Of a DNA stretch of 64,000 bases, positions 12,291-27,118 are shown piece by piece. Under the pieces are notes generated by a model, which saw only the letters and a list, made by a program, of their open reading frames with translations, did not search any database and was not told where the DNA came from. Numbering within the stretch: the stretch's first letter is position 1; every line of letters starts with the position of its first letter. The position numbers and the translations under genes are program-made. The DNA is from Rotaria socialis (taxonomy: Eukaryota): the NCBI GenBank assembly GCA_905331295.1, contig CAJNYD010000012.1:310001-374000 (forward strand). The letters run 5' to 3'.

Positions 12291-15200
12291 ATGAATCTTA
12301 ATGCAGTTTCATTGGCAATCGCTCAGATTTCATTCACATTAAAAAGTTTATCAAAGAAAAACTTCAACAGCTCAACAATTGAAATAGCTAATGTATAGTT
12401 TTTCTTGAAAAAGAACTTTTTTATATTGTTGATAAATTGTTTGTGATTTTTTAAATTTCTAGCTCATATCAGAAAATGGATTCGAAGCTGAACGGCATTT
12501 TTATCGAACGCTAGTAACATATCTTGATTTAGAATCGATCGAACAAAATAGCTCATCAATTAAACGTTCAGAAAATATTCATTTAAATTATTGGTTACAA
12601 GAACTTCCATCATTAATTTCTAAATCGAATTTTGTAACTTTAGTATGTTATGCTTTCGACACAGCTATTACACAAAAAGTAGGAAAAAAAATTATAGTCA
12701 AATTTACAAAAATGAAAATATTCAATTGTTTCTAGTCACTTAAACTTTCATCACGTATCAATGGGTTTTTAACAAGTTTATGTAAATTTTTTAAATTAAC
12801 TCGTGCACAAGAACTTCTATTTGTTTTTGCTTTGCGAAATTCCATACATGTTGAACTTCAGCAATTAACACATGAACATATAGAACAACGTTTACCTGAT
12901 TTCATTCGTATTGCATCCGGTGGTATGTTTGGAGAAAAATTTACCATGATTTTGTTTAGTCTACAGTTTTTATTCGTTTAATTTTCATTTAATAAGATAA
13001 TGGCATCAATGAACTAGGTCTAGCCGAGTTATCTATCGAAGCAGTTCATTCACTTGTACTACTCATTCAACAATATATATCGAATGAGTCAATAGGACCA
13101 TTGACTACTTCTGAAGATTATGAAAGATTCCTCGATGTTCTTCGACAAGGTTGAATAATTAATTAATTTATAAATGAAACTGTATTCTATTTGAATTATA
13201 GAATATCCAAGAGAACGAATGGGAAATAATGGCTCATTGATACTGTTACCTTTACTATATTCGTCTATTACACTATCGATCGATCCATCGTCAAATCAGT
13301 TATTATCAGATTCAAGTAGTTTGTCAACGAATGTGGTATGCAAATTATAATACTATTCTTTTTTCTTGCTCTCTTAAATGAAATTAATTATGGGAATTTT
13401 TTTTCTTTCAGTGGCAAATGGATGATTCTCTAGCTGATGTTATTCTTGAGATGGGCTATAGTTTTACGGCATGTGTTGAAGATTGTCGAAATGCACTTGT
13501 TCATTTTGGTTTACAAGAATTAAAACCATCAACAATTGCTCGAATGCTTTCAATTATGATTAAGACTCATTCGGGTCTTACTGAAAACACACACATTTAT
13601 GTGAGTCTTGATTATGAAAAAACTATTTTCTTTCACGTTTATTGGATCTTTAGAATTCCGATGGTACTGATATATCAATAAATAATGAAAAACATTCTTT
13701 ACAAACATGGAATATTGATACATTTGTTCTTGCAATTAATGACTTAGTATGAGAAGAAACACAAACATAGAACAATGTTTAATATTTCTCTGCTAATAAA
13801 AATTTATGTTGATAGGTTCCAACTGTAAATTGGAAAGATGTTGTACAAGAACTTGATCATCCCGGTTTTTTTTTAAGTGATCGACAAGCTTTAGTACTGT
13901 TGGTGACTGCACTTCGTCGAGCTTTACCAGTTGAACTTTATATTGATTTACTCTATGGAAAATGGAATAACGTAGAAGGACAAGTAAGAAAATAAATTAA
14001 AAAAAACTTCTTAAAATAAATTCAATGCATTTCATGTTAGCTATCATGGATAACTCAAGCTATTCGTTATCCAGATATATTTTGTTTCGGTGATCATCCA
14101 GCACATCCTGTTTTAATCGATTGTCTAAAACATCCACTAGATGATACAAAAGAAATATGGACTTGGTAAAAAACGTCTTAAAAAAAGTTACTTTTTAGAT
14201 TTTCCTTTTGTTTTCCTGTTAATTTAGGCGTTCATTAAATTTAATCGAATGCTTATTACGTATTGCCGATACAGGTTTATATCCAACTGTACTAGATATA
14301 TTTAGACATGGAATACAACGTGCGGGTGAATTAATCTTTCTTGGTTTGTTACAACTTACGGTATGTTACGAAATTGTTATATGAAAACTTTCGAATGATC
14401 TGAGTGAAATTTATCAAGATCTTACCGATTACAGTTTTATATTTGTTAAAATAGAAGAAAACAATATAAGAGTGAATGCCAATTTTCAAATGTTTTACTT
14501 TGAACTATCATCCTGTTTTACGATTGATTGCGTTTCACTATGGAAAAAAATAGATGATCAGAAGAAGAATTTTGAATTCGCGTTTTATCAAGGGAGAAAA
14601 AGCTGATTTAAATCACAGTAAAACTCAACTTACAATCAATATAAATTAACTGTATTGGAATGAGTTTGCGTGAGTTTCGGTGCCTTTGAATGATTTTCAG
14701 TAATAATTTATGATTTGGAATAGTTTTTAGTTAGTTTAGCAAATTTTTCGTTTTCTCAAACTCATTTTAAATCAGCTAAACTCAGAAAAATCATGAAACT
14801 CATAAATCGCTTTTTCCTCCTTGCGTTTTATTCTCTATCAAAGTGACAACATTTTTTTCATCGACAGACATTTAATGTATTACATAGTTAATATTCATTA
14901 GATGATCTTGATTAGGGATCTTCAATTCGATGATTGTATTTCAATCTTTCATTCAAGAGCATTCAACTACGAATTACTCAAATTACAAAAATTTTCATTT
15001 TGTATGATTTCAGCACTCGATACTGTTTCGTTGGAGTGATTGACACAACACTTGAGAACTCATAGATGCTTAAATAAGATGATAATTGTAGCAGATGTCA
15101 AAATGAACAGTTGTTTAACACAACAGTGCTAAAAGAGAAATGATTTAATAGATTTTAATGGCGTGTCAGTGAATCAAAGGAACACTAATTCATAGCTTTT

Positions 15201-18200
15201 GATGATACAATGAATTGTAATGCGTATTTTAAAACCCTACAGTGATCAAAATAGACTGTTCAAAACTCTGTTATTAGACATAGATATATTTATGTAAGAT
15301 AATCATCTCGCTGAAATGTTGTAATAATTTAAATACTATCGCATTACCACAATATCATCAGACAGAAATGAAACTATTGCAAACGAATATTTCTATTATC
15401 TATGTAAGATTTCAAATTAAAAAACAAAAGTTTACAAAAAAATATATAGATCAAATAGACTAACAAACTCAAATAAAAGTATCGTACTTATAGGAAACGC
15501 ACACAAAAAGAATACGATCCAAAGTTATTCATTCTAATTGTTGTATTATATTTATAAATCATTATTCTTGTATAATTTCAGAGTGTATGGACAACATTGA
15601 AACAAGATCTATTATTATTAATCATTCCTACTTTACTTTCCAATAGTCCCAATGCAAATCTATTGCTTAATTATATGTGGAATTCACAAGTAAGAAAACT
15701 CAAATGGAGCGTTTCATAATTTTGTTCTGTCGCTAATTTTTTAAAAGCATCAAACAACATTATTACGAACAACACTTTTAACATCATTAGCTGATTGGTA
15801 TAATCGAGCAAATGACATTGAACAGCAAATACGTCTTAGTCGTGTACTTGAAGTTGTACAAGATTTAAAAAGTTTACCAACATTACTTGGAGCCAAACCA
15901 ATGACGTTCATACTCGATCTTGCTTGTCTAGCATCAAGACGTGGCTATTTAAAGTTAGATAAATGGTTATCAGATAAATTACGTGAACATCAAGTAATTA
16001 AAAAGTCTAGAAGAGTTTCTTGTTTTATTGATTTTTTCAATCGAAGGAATTATTTGTTCAAACATCAATTCAATACTTACGAAAAAAAGCTCCACAATTA
16101 CTACTTCCACCACCATTATCAAAAGATGATATCAATTTTAAACCAATATCAAATGCTGAAACAATTAATGTTCTATTAGCTGTTCTTCAATTAGCATTAT
16201 CATCCATAACAAATAGGGATCTTATTCAAGAAATACCAACAATGTTATCAACAGCGAAAATTTTTAATACATTATCATCATCAACAACAATAGCAGGAAC
16301 AACAACAGCAACAGCAACAACAACAGGAAACAATTTTTCAAATACAAATATTAATGAACAGACATTACAAAGACCTTCATCGATATCATTGTCACTAAAT
16401 CCACAACAATTATATCATCATTCGTCATCGTTTACACCATCACCTACTAATCCATCAAATGGATTTTCATTAACAGCGCAATTACGTTCACTACTAAGTA
16501 ATTACAAATAATAACGAAAAATCTCCTATTTTTAACTGTCGCTTTTGCATGTTAAAATATGAGCGTGTGCTGCCGCGGCCACGTCAAAATCGTCCATAGT
16601 AGAGGATGCCACGGTGAATGTATGCATCGAGAGAACGAGAAGAACGAGCGCGTACGTCATCGAACACAAAAACAAAAACGGCGGCCGAGATGGAGAAAAG
16701 GCACTTGGACTTGTGCGTGTATGAGTGGAAATAATAGTAATAGCAGCAATAGAACAGAAGAACGCGGCAGAAAGAGAGAGAGGAAAGAAAAGAAAAAGAA
16801 AAAAAAACAGCGAGAAAAATAGAGATTTGTCGATACGTCCACTATTATAACTCTTATTTTTGACAAAACAATATCCTAACAAACCATGCGATGATTACAG
16901 CAAAAATAAAGTTGTATATGATCAGATCTATCCAGGGTCTATGTATTTATTTGTTTATGGGATAGTGAAACAGCGTGCGCGAGAAAAAGAGAAAGAAAGT
17001 GAAAAGTTCAGCATAGTTCTATTCTATTAACTAGAAAATGATGATGGATCCAAGCGAACATCTTCTCAGTGAGAGAAAATAATTCTTTTTTTTTCTCTAT
17101 TTATTTCATTTTTTCCATTCTTATTCGAAACATAAATAGGTTCGAATGGTAATGATCCATTAGCTATTGGTTCATCATCATCGTCCACAATAACAACAAC
17201 AGCGACAACAGCAACCACATCTATGGGTGAAATAGCTGATGTTGATGTTTATTTTAAACGCTTGTATTCAAAAACAAATAATCCACCACCGATATCTGTT
17301 GATGAATTTCTTGATATTATGACACGTTGTAAAGATTCTCAAATTCAACGAGAAAAAGTAAAAACTAAAATCATTGTAATTTTAAAAACAAAATTATCAT
17401 TTTATTTTGTCTCTTCTAAGGATGTCTTTCATAATGGTATAAGAAATTTATTTGAAGAATATAAATTTTATATTCAATATCCTGAAAGAGAATTACATTT
17501 AACAGCACAACTGTTCGGTGGTCTTTTCGAACGTGGATTATTTCAACAACAAGCTTTAATTGCTGCATATCGTGCTATTTTAGAAGGTTTAAAAAAACCT
17601 GCCGGAACAAACCTATGGAATTTTGGTGTTACAGCACTGGATAGATGCAAAGCAAGGTTTGTTTTATCATAAGTTTTTGATAAAATTATTTTAATTGAAA
17701 ATCAAGCAAAAATGAGATTTTAGTTATACAATTATTTGTAAGCTTACCAGGGGAGGGGTTCGAGCGCAGTAATACAACCCGAGAGGAAGTCAATGATTTT
17801 CATTCAAACGAATCATTGTTATTCGACAAAAACGTAAAAGATTTTGTGAATCATCAATGAATGATAGAATGAGAGGGCGGGGTGTGGTATTTTCTTGGTG
17901 AACATACCTCTTGATTGCCTACCGAACAGAGAATAGGTAATAGTTATCGATATCTTTAAACACAAATTCAAGCAAATAGTTTTGTCTGTCACTATCAAAC
18001 TAATCTATTTGAAATTTCCAATTTAATTCATATATCTCTTATCAGTTTATTTTAAAATAATACTATTTTCTTTTTCACTTATTAATAGACATGTAGAATA
18101 TACGCTTTTGTTCGCACTTGATCGTATAGCTAAAGGATATTTTTTAAATTCTTCCCTTATCTTAGTTCTCTTTTATCTTATTGTTCTTTTAATCCTATCT

Positions 18201-21200
18201 TAACTGAATGACTCAAATATTGATAAAGAAGACAATACTATTACAAGATAAATTCTTTTGTTTTCATAGTTTTTTCTCTGACTTTGTCTACGAAATCTAA
18301 AGAAATCGCACGTCGTTTAGTTAGATTATCAAAGAAAAAATTATTATTGTATTTTTTTGTCATTTTAATAATATGATTAAATTCTATATAGAATCCGTGA
18401 ACAACCAACATTTCTACAAGGTTTACGAAGTCTAATAACCTATTCGGAAATACCACTGAATATCCGTGAGTATCTTGAATATGGCACAAAACCACCTATT
18501 CAACAACAACAATTCGATCCAATACGTACATTGACACCAACATCGGGCTTATCAGCTCCAGTAACAGTTAGTCCACAACCACAACTACCTCATTCAACGA
18601 TGAACTCATCGAATATGTTTCCACGTATGAATAGTGGTCCTCCGATAACTAATCCACAACAATATGTACCTGGTAATATTGGTGTCGGAAGAGAAAATCC
18701 AGCCCAAAAAGGAGTAAATTATAACGAAAGGAAAATTTGTCTTTTTTTTCTAATTCTGAAATCGATTCTAGCCATCGTTAACCCAAAACGCAAATATTCG
18801 AACATTGATGAGTGATCCAAGTTATCTTCTTGTACGAGTTAAACCACCACCAGAACAAATTAATGATAAAGTTTCATTTACATTTAATAATTTATCATTT
18901 GCTAATTTGTCTCAAAAGGTTAAATAAGATGATTAATGCTTCTATGTGACCGAATTTGATGTTTTCTTTTTTATAGGCTGAAGAATTAAAAGAAGTTTTA
19001 GGTAACGATGAACAATTATGGAAATGGGTTGCACAATATTTAGTCATTAAACGTGCGTCAATTGAACCCAATTTTCATTCATTATATGCTGGCTTTATAA
19101 ATACAATCAATGTCAATATTCTTTATGATACTGTGCTAACAGAAACACATCGAAATATTAAAGTAAAAACAAGCACAAAATATTTTCTCCTTTTTTTAAC
19201 TTTGCTTTTCTCTTCATAGATTCTCTTAGAAAGTGATAAACAAATGAATAATATACCCGATCGTGCATTATTAAAAAATCTCGGTCATTGGCTTGGAATC
19301 ATAACCATCGCTAAAAATAAACCAATTCTTGCTACGGTTTGCAGAAAAAAATTGAAAAGAAAAACAGAAAATCATAATTTAAAAAAATATTTTCTAGGAC
19401 TTGGAAATAAAATCTATAGTTATTGAAGCATATCATATGGGATCACAAGAATTATTATATGTTGTACCATTTGTAGCTAAGATTTTAGAATCATGTACAC
19501 GAAGCAAAGTAAAGAAATGGAGCAAAGTCAATCGATAATTTAGACTAAGATTTTCGTTCGTTTTGTATTTCAATAGATTTTTCAACAACCAAATCCATGG
19601 CTAATGGGTATTATGTCTGTTCTTGCTGAAATGCATTCGACACCAGATTTTAAATTGAATTTAAAGTTTGAAATTGAAGTACTTTGCAGACAATTACAGA
19701 TTCAATTAACTGTAAGTTTCATTGATAGAAAAGATTTTTACGAAAATTCAAAAAGAACTTTATATCGAGAATTTAATTGATAGCGCAATTTGCTGAAACG
19801 ATAAATAGTAGCGTGTAATAGAATCTGTGATTTTTCATTTAAAGTGAAGGTAACTATGAACATCTAGAAAGAAATGACACTGCTTCTAAACTTCAACAGA
19901 ACTGATTTTCACAGAGATTCACACAAATGAGAATAGTTTTATTGTAAAAGTAGGAAGTCCTTTAATTTACTTCTATTCGAAAATGAGTATATAGAATGTG
20001 CTGATATATAGAAACTATTTGGAAGACATAGTTTTTATCATGGTTTTATCTTAGGATAGAAATAATAAAAAGATCAGGCAATCTTCTGATGAACTATTAT
20101 CACTAAAATCTGCCTATATCCAAAGTGAAAATCAGTTTTTTTAGTATTCCTTAGAGCAAACGTGAGTCTGTTAAAGAATATTATGAAAAATGCATAATCT
20201 CTATCGCAATAAACTTATCAACCATATTCTTCTCAGATGAAATGTATAATAAAAATTTCGATGAAAAAATCTCTTTTTTCGTGGATTTCATTTGAAATAG
20301 AGAAGTGAATTGTTATTAGTTTACAACCCATGTAAAAAATTTTACCCAAAAAGTGACTATTGAATACTTTAAATAGTAGGTTTTATGCAGACCAAAGTAC
20401 TTACAAGTGAACATTTTTAAGTACTTTTCATACGTCTTGACTAAAAAGTACTGATGAGTACTTTTGAAAGTAAGAAAAGTATGATGAAGTACTTATAGTC
20501 AGAAAGTACTATAAAAATTGAAAAATAGTAAGAGAAGTTACTTTATTTTTTGCTTTATTACTATTAAAAGAGTGACTTTCGATTCACTTTTTTTTCACAT
20601 GAGAAGCCTATTCTAAAAAACTTTTGATTATTCAATTGAATGAAAAATTTTGTATTTTATTTGTCGTTTAGGATCTACCAATTCATCATACACTATCTAA
20701 TAAAGAATATTTCGATAAGATTGAAAAACAATTATCAAATAATAATCGCCAAACATCTAACATAGGATCTATGGTTTATCAATCTCAACAATCAACAAAC
20801 CAAACAGCATCATCAACACTTTATAATGATCCAGCTATTTTGAATTATCATCAATTGTCAACAAATCAACAGTCTTCATCAACAGGAACTTTATCAGTAT
20901 TACCTATTCCAATTCAACAACAGCAACAAACATTATCGGTAACACCATCCTCCTCCTCTTCGTCATCATCATCAGTATCAACAGTCCCGCCTGTACCCAA
21001 ATATAAATTATCGGACTTTAAACCATCTATATTTCAATCTTTAAGTTCTATGCTTGAAATAAATCCAAATATACTTCTCTTTCAACATCATCCACGTCTT
21101 AAAACATATATTCATTCACCCATTGAACAAGCCATCAATGAAAGTCTTCAAACAGTTCAACGTTCTCTTAAAGTTGCCACAAGTGCAGCCGAAACGATTG

Positions 21201-24200
21201 TACGAAAAGATTTTCTTCTAAATCCAGATGAACAACAATTACGAACATCAGCACGTAATATGGTTGCTTATCTAAGTAGTGGTCTTGTTCTTATAACAGC
21301 TCGTCCAGCATTACAAGATCAAATACAATCTTATATTAAAACACATTTACAAACAGTTCTTGGTGTTCCACAAGTACCAGCAGCCAATTCGGGAACAACA
21401 AACAACAACAATAACAACACCAATAACAGCAACAACAACAACAACAACAATAATAATAATGATACATCAGCATCAACTAGTACAACAACAGTAACGAATG
21501 GTGCAGCCAATGATCAACTATCGAGTCAAACACGTGAAATGATTAATCAAGCAGCAACAGAAATTGCAGCTTCAAATATTGAATTATGTTGTTGCCTTTT
21601 ACAAAGAATAACAATTCATCGAGCTATACAATTAATTGATCAACGTTTAGCTGGTGATATTGAAATTCGACAACGTTGTCGATTAGAAGGAAGACAATTA
21701 CCAACAGCGACCAGTGTAGCTGAATTTCAGTCAGATAGATTATTAGAACCTATACGTTTACGTTACGGGCCATTGTCATCACATCAATTAGCTATTTATG
21801 AAGATTTTGTTCATTTTATTCCAGGTTTTAAACCAAGTGACAATGAAAAACGAGAACTTGTTACGGTAAATGCAACGTTTTTTTCTCACATGAACGAAAG
21901 ACAAGAATTTTGAAATTTCAATTTTACATATTTTAAAAGGAAAAATAAGCATTTTCAATGTTTCTTCGTTAGTTTAGAATCAAACATGAAAATTTTCAAA
22001 AATTAGGCTTACTATTATAAACACACTAATTGTTTTTTACCACTACTTGCAATTTTCCCATCGTATTATTATTTTGTTAGATAATTGTTTAAGAAAAGCA
22101 ACTCACTTGTTCTTACAATATTATGATGCTTTGTGAAACACGATCTGAAAGGAGTGTTGAAGTGTATATGGGTAGAAATTTAGACCCCCCCCCCCCCACA
22201 GCCCGTTCACGACCGGGGGGGGGGGTATACCCATCACAGGTCGTTACCGACAGGTAATTTACCCATCCCAGATCGTTATCGACAGGTAATTTCCAAACAC
22301 AAGCATTGCTCACAAGTGATGATACCAGCAAATACGGTTTCAGTCATGTAGTGTTCCCATAACAGATAGCTACAGACTGGTGATGATACCGTCACAGACC
22401 GTTACCGTTAGGTGATGGTACCATCACAGACCGTTACAGATAAGCTTTGTCTAAGGCGAATATATAGGAATGTTTAGGCCTTAAGGGTAGGAAGTTGAAT
22501 TCCTCCACATATATTCTAATTAATGAAACAGCCGATTGCGTTATAATTAGTTAATTACCCATGACACACCCTAAGAGACAGGCATTGGAACTATCACAAA
22601 CGGGTTAGCGACTTCGGGGAGAGAGAGGAGCAGTTATGATATATTTAGCTGAGTACTAGTGGACGCCATCGTACAGTGAACGACCACATAATGCCAGAAT
22701 ATCAGGAAATCGATGACCTATTTCCGTTATTCACGTGTAGGTGGTGCATTAACGTGTAATGAAATAAAAAGCTCAAATATATATAGATTAATAATTTTTT
22801 CGGATCCCCATTAGCAGTTACGTCGTGTTTCACATTTTAATCCCGAAGGGATTGCGCTTACAGCTTTTTTTTAAATTTATTTTCATTTAGATGGATGAGA
22901 CTGGCCCATCCGTATGGGAACGTTTAATAGCTGAAATTGATCAAATCATATCAACTCAACATAATCAAACCTTTGCTAATGCATTACAACGATTATTAGA
23001 AAATGTTAATGTTTTACGAACCAATTTACATAATCAAACATCAACAAATGCACCACAAGTCGCATTAAATAATGTGTTAAATATAATAATTTATAATTTA
23101 CTAGAACATTATACACTTCAAGCTCAAACACAAGATGGTGAAAATTTAGAACGTTTTAAACATGTTCATATGAGTGTATTAAAATTACTTGTTGAAATAC
23201 GTTTACATATGTCACTTATTAGTAAACAATTAACAAAAGCCTGGCTAGATTGTCCAAATGAACTTAAATTTAATGTTTATGCTGTTAATCAACTTTTACG
23301 TAATCGTCTTCTTGATATACGTCAAATGGATTCACATGTTGCACAATTAATTGATTCAGGAAATAATCCAGCACTGCATTTTGCTGTTAATTTTCTTCGT
23401 AATTGTGTTATTGAACATCCATGTTGTGTCGATAGTGATATCGCATCCATACTTGATTCGCTTCATCGTATATCATTGATTGGTAAACAACCAGCTGAAG
23501 CTGTTCGAGATTTACTTGAAATTATACGATTAAATTATACAACATTAGCAGCAACGAATGAAACAAATTCGACAAATGATACAAATGCAAACGCTCAATC
23601 AAATGCTAAAATCGATAAATTAGCTATTATATCATTATCTGTTATAAGTAATGGACATAAATATTTGACATCAACGGATGAAATAGAAACAACGGCCATA
23701 GCTAATAAAGCTAAACATATTCTAAGTGATTGGGTTACATTAACAATGACACAAACGAATCGTATTAGCCAACAGCAATCATTTCAAGGCGTTTTCAATC
23801 AAGTATAAAAATAAATTATATTTAGAAAAATAAATACTATTTCTGTTCATTTAAATTTAGATGAACATGCAAGGCTTATTTCGTTCAGATGATACAATAG
23901 CCAAATTTCTTCGTATGACAATTCAATTATGTGTTAATAGTGTTTATGATATTATTCGACAAGCACCACCAATAACATCATCATCATCATCATCAACATC
24001 GACAGCAACAGCACAACAAGCCCATTATGCACGTTGCCATCAAGGCATTGATTCGCTTTGCCGATTTTTATCTCTTTTAACAACACATACATCAGATATT
24101 AATAATTATGCGTCGAGAATACACTTAATTAATCGTATATTAGGAATCTTAGCTGCACATTGTTTTGCTGATCATGAAGAACAAGGTGATCAATTTCATC

Positions 24201-26058
24201 CATTGGCTTATCAAAGAATCATTCTTAACTTGTTTCAAGAATCTACAGCTGCTGTTACGTCAACAATGTCAAAGTAAGAATAATTTTGAAATTCTCCATT
24301 AAAGTGTTGACATAAAACTATGACAGAATATAATCACGACTCTTCTGAATTATGCACTAATCTCACAATACGATTGAGACATCTCACTTTCGATCTCTAG
24401 AATATATAAAATATGATACATCAAGAATTGCAAACTCATATTCCTTAATTCTTGATTTGAATAACTTAAATATCTTTTTTCGGAACATTAATTTCATCAT
24501 CATTTCTATTTAGTACAACACCCGGTGCTGACACTTCATCGACTAATGAATATGCAATGTATTATATTTACCTGGCATTTACAAATTGTTTACATCTTTT
24601 GCGTCCTCAACGTGTACCTGGCTTTGCATTTGCTTGGCTTGAAATTGTTGCACATCGAACATTTATGTCACGTCTACTTTTATCAGCTGGTCGCTTTACG
24701 CGTCAGACACATAATATGTATGCATTGTTACTTGTTGATGCATTACGTTTAGTAACACCATTTATACGTTCTGGTGAACATGCACAATCGTTTCAAGTTT
24801 ACTTCAAAGGCATATTAAAAACATTTATGCTGTTATTACATGATTTTCCAGAATTTTTATGCGAACATTATTATCAATTTTGTGATGCCTTGCCATTAAT
24901 AGCACATCAATTGCGTAATATTGTTTTATCAGCATTTCCGAAACATATGCGTTGTCCCGATCCATTTTTGGTTAATTTCAAAGTTGATATGCTTAATGAT
25001 ATCTCAATTGTACCGGTGATAGCTTATAATTTTTCACAAAATATTCAACCACCAAAATTTAAGCAAAATCTTGATTCATATTTACGTACACGTGCACCAG
25101 TTACATTTCTATCTGAATTACGTTCATATTTACAACAAGGTGCTGATCCTGGTTCACATTATAATATAAGAATGTTAAATGCACTTGTTTTATATGTTGC
25201 TACACAAGCATTATTAACATTAAATAATAAAACAAATGGGCAACCATTGATGTCATCAATAACACATTCTGCTCATATGGATATATTTCAAAATTTAGCC
25301 GTCGATTTAGATACTGAAGGACGTTATATATTTTTAAATGCCATGGCAAATCATTTAAGATATCCAAATACGCATACGCATTATTTTAGTTATACACTTT
25401 TATATTTATTTGCTGAGGCAAATTCAGAAGCTTTACAAGAACAAATTGTTCGGTATGTTTATTTCCAAAAAGAAAAAATTTCCTCTTGTTACTGTTTCCT
25501 CTAAAATGAATATTTGAATTTATTTTTCTAGAGTTTTACTTGAACGGCTCGTTGCTAATCGACCACATCCATGGGGATTATTAATAACATTTCTTGAACT
25601 TGTACGAAATCCAAATTTAAAATTATGGTCTCGAGAATTTATGAGCATTTCACCGGACGTTAAACGGTTCGTTTCAACTTTTATTATATATATTTTTTAT
25701 TTCTAAACCTTAAGACAGTGCTCCTAAGATTGATTAAGAGTAGAGAATGACTTCGGTTCGGGATCTAGTCAAAAATGATTAAATCTACAAATCAGAGATT
25801 TTTCCAACAACAAACACTTGTATCGCGTTCTTGAGTGATTTAAAGAATTCTCAGTTTAACATGCTGAGCAGCTAAATGTTTCGCAATAAATAAGAATATA
25901 ATCAAATGAAATCAATTGTGACTTATACTCTATTTGCTTTTATAATTTTTAGTTTATTAACAACATTGACACGTGGCTTTCCTCATATTCCAAACGCGCC
26001 CATTGGAACTCAACAGCAACAGCAACAACAACAGCAAACTGCGATTGTTAAACCCTAG
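12291..26058 (+). CDS. CNOT1: CCR4-NOT transcription complex subunit 1 (~26 exons)
   Basis: Starts [15 protein letters not shown] at 12291; contains [87 protein letters not shown]; last exon 25953-26058 ends TAG. Confidence 0.96.
14589..14823. mobile_element. hAT-type MITE in a CNOT1 intron
   Basis: TIRs CAAGGGAGAAAAAGCTGATTTA / TAAATCGCTTTTTCCTCCTTG; perfect 8-bp TSD CGTTTTAT at 14581-14588 and 14824-14831. Confidence 0.88.
20327..20603. mobile_element. Probable CACTA/CMC-like MITE in a CNOT1 intron
   Basis: Imperfect TIRs CCCATGTAAAAAA / TTTTTTCACATGAG, AA on both flanks, and about six internal AGTACT palindromic units. Confidence 0.5.
21398..21460 (+). repeat. (AAC)n(AAT)n coding microsatellite giving a poly-Asn tract in CNOT1
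   Basis: Translates [20 protein letters not shown] within the exon. Confidence 0.9.
22185..22442. repeat. C13/G11 foldback plus degenerate ~32-bp minisatellite in a CNOT1 intron
   Basis: C run 22185-22197, G run 22215-22225; units ACCCATCACAGGTCGTTACCGACAGGTAATTT (22229), ACCCATCCCAGATCGTTATCGACAGGTAATTT (22261), GGTGATGATACCGTCACAGACCGTTACCGTTA (22379), GGTGATGGTACCATCACAGACCGTTACAGATA (22411). Confidence 0.7.
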
Positions 26059-27118
26059 TCGTCTATATTTTCTTTCTCATTTTGTTTATCTTGTATAGAG
26101 TTGATGTTTATTTGATTATATGTCTATATGTGTGTGTATTTCTAAACTATCATCAGCCTAAAAAAAACACAAATATTCTGGTTACGTGCGTTGTTCTCAT
26201 ATTATTTTTCCGTTTGTTTATTTGTTTGATTGTTTTCTTTTTTATATATATTTCTTCCTGCTATAGACAGAATTATTTGATTTATTAGTTGTTGGATATT
26301 ATTTGGGGAAACAAACCGAAACGGACTCTTTCTCTCAGAAGAGCCGAGCATGAAACATTTAGTCTCATTGTACTTTTTAAATTGTCATTGCGTTTGATGT
26401 TGTTCTTCTTCCTTTTTTCTGCGTGATTTCGTTTTCTTTTTGTTGTGTACGCTTGGCGTTGTGAACAGACAGAGATAAAAAAACAAAATACTAAAAGATT
26501 ATAAAGTGTTTTTCGTTTCTATACTAATTGCTAGTTGTTCATTCATAGACATTCTATGTATGTGACAAGAAAAAAACCTAAGCCATTGTTTATATGTCTC
26601 TTTCAGTTCTCTCGCTTTTTCGTTTTTTTCTTTTTCGTTCCTTATTTTTCTTTGTTATGTGCGTTTCTCTCTCTTCTCTTGGTTTGTGTGGTCTTTCTTT
26701 TTTGAGAAAAAACAAAACTGAAAAAAAAAACACACAATTTTACTTATCTATTATTATCTGTCGATTCAATTAAACAAGGCACTCAAAAAAAGCAAATAAT
26801 GAAAGTATTTGAAATGTCGACCGGCGGTAAGAGATCGTGAATCAGTGACATCTATATATTGCAAAAAATGTATTGTTAACGGTTTATCGAATAGTAGAAA
26901 ACAATAGTTTGTTTAATACTACTGTTGCGTCCAGAAGAGAAAGTTTGGAAGTCAATGAATACGATCAAAATGGTTGAATTTTTCTTGTTGTATAGTACTA
27001 TTTCTCAAAGTTAAAAAAATACATTATAATCAATGAATTGATATCAACGTTTTGTCTTTTTATTTTATTTTATTTTTAGATTGTTACAGTTTGTTGGACG
27101 CCATCTTGAACCTGTTCG

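Noticed and set aside
17038..17080. Possible C/D snoRNA (ATGATGA) in a CNOT1 intron
   Set aside because: No D box (CTGA) or terminal stem at a suitable distance.
22229..22442. CRISPR-like repeat spacing
   Set aside because: Degenerate tandem units without unique spacers, in a eukaryotic intron with no cas genes.
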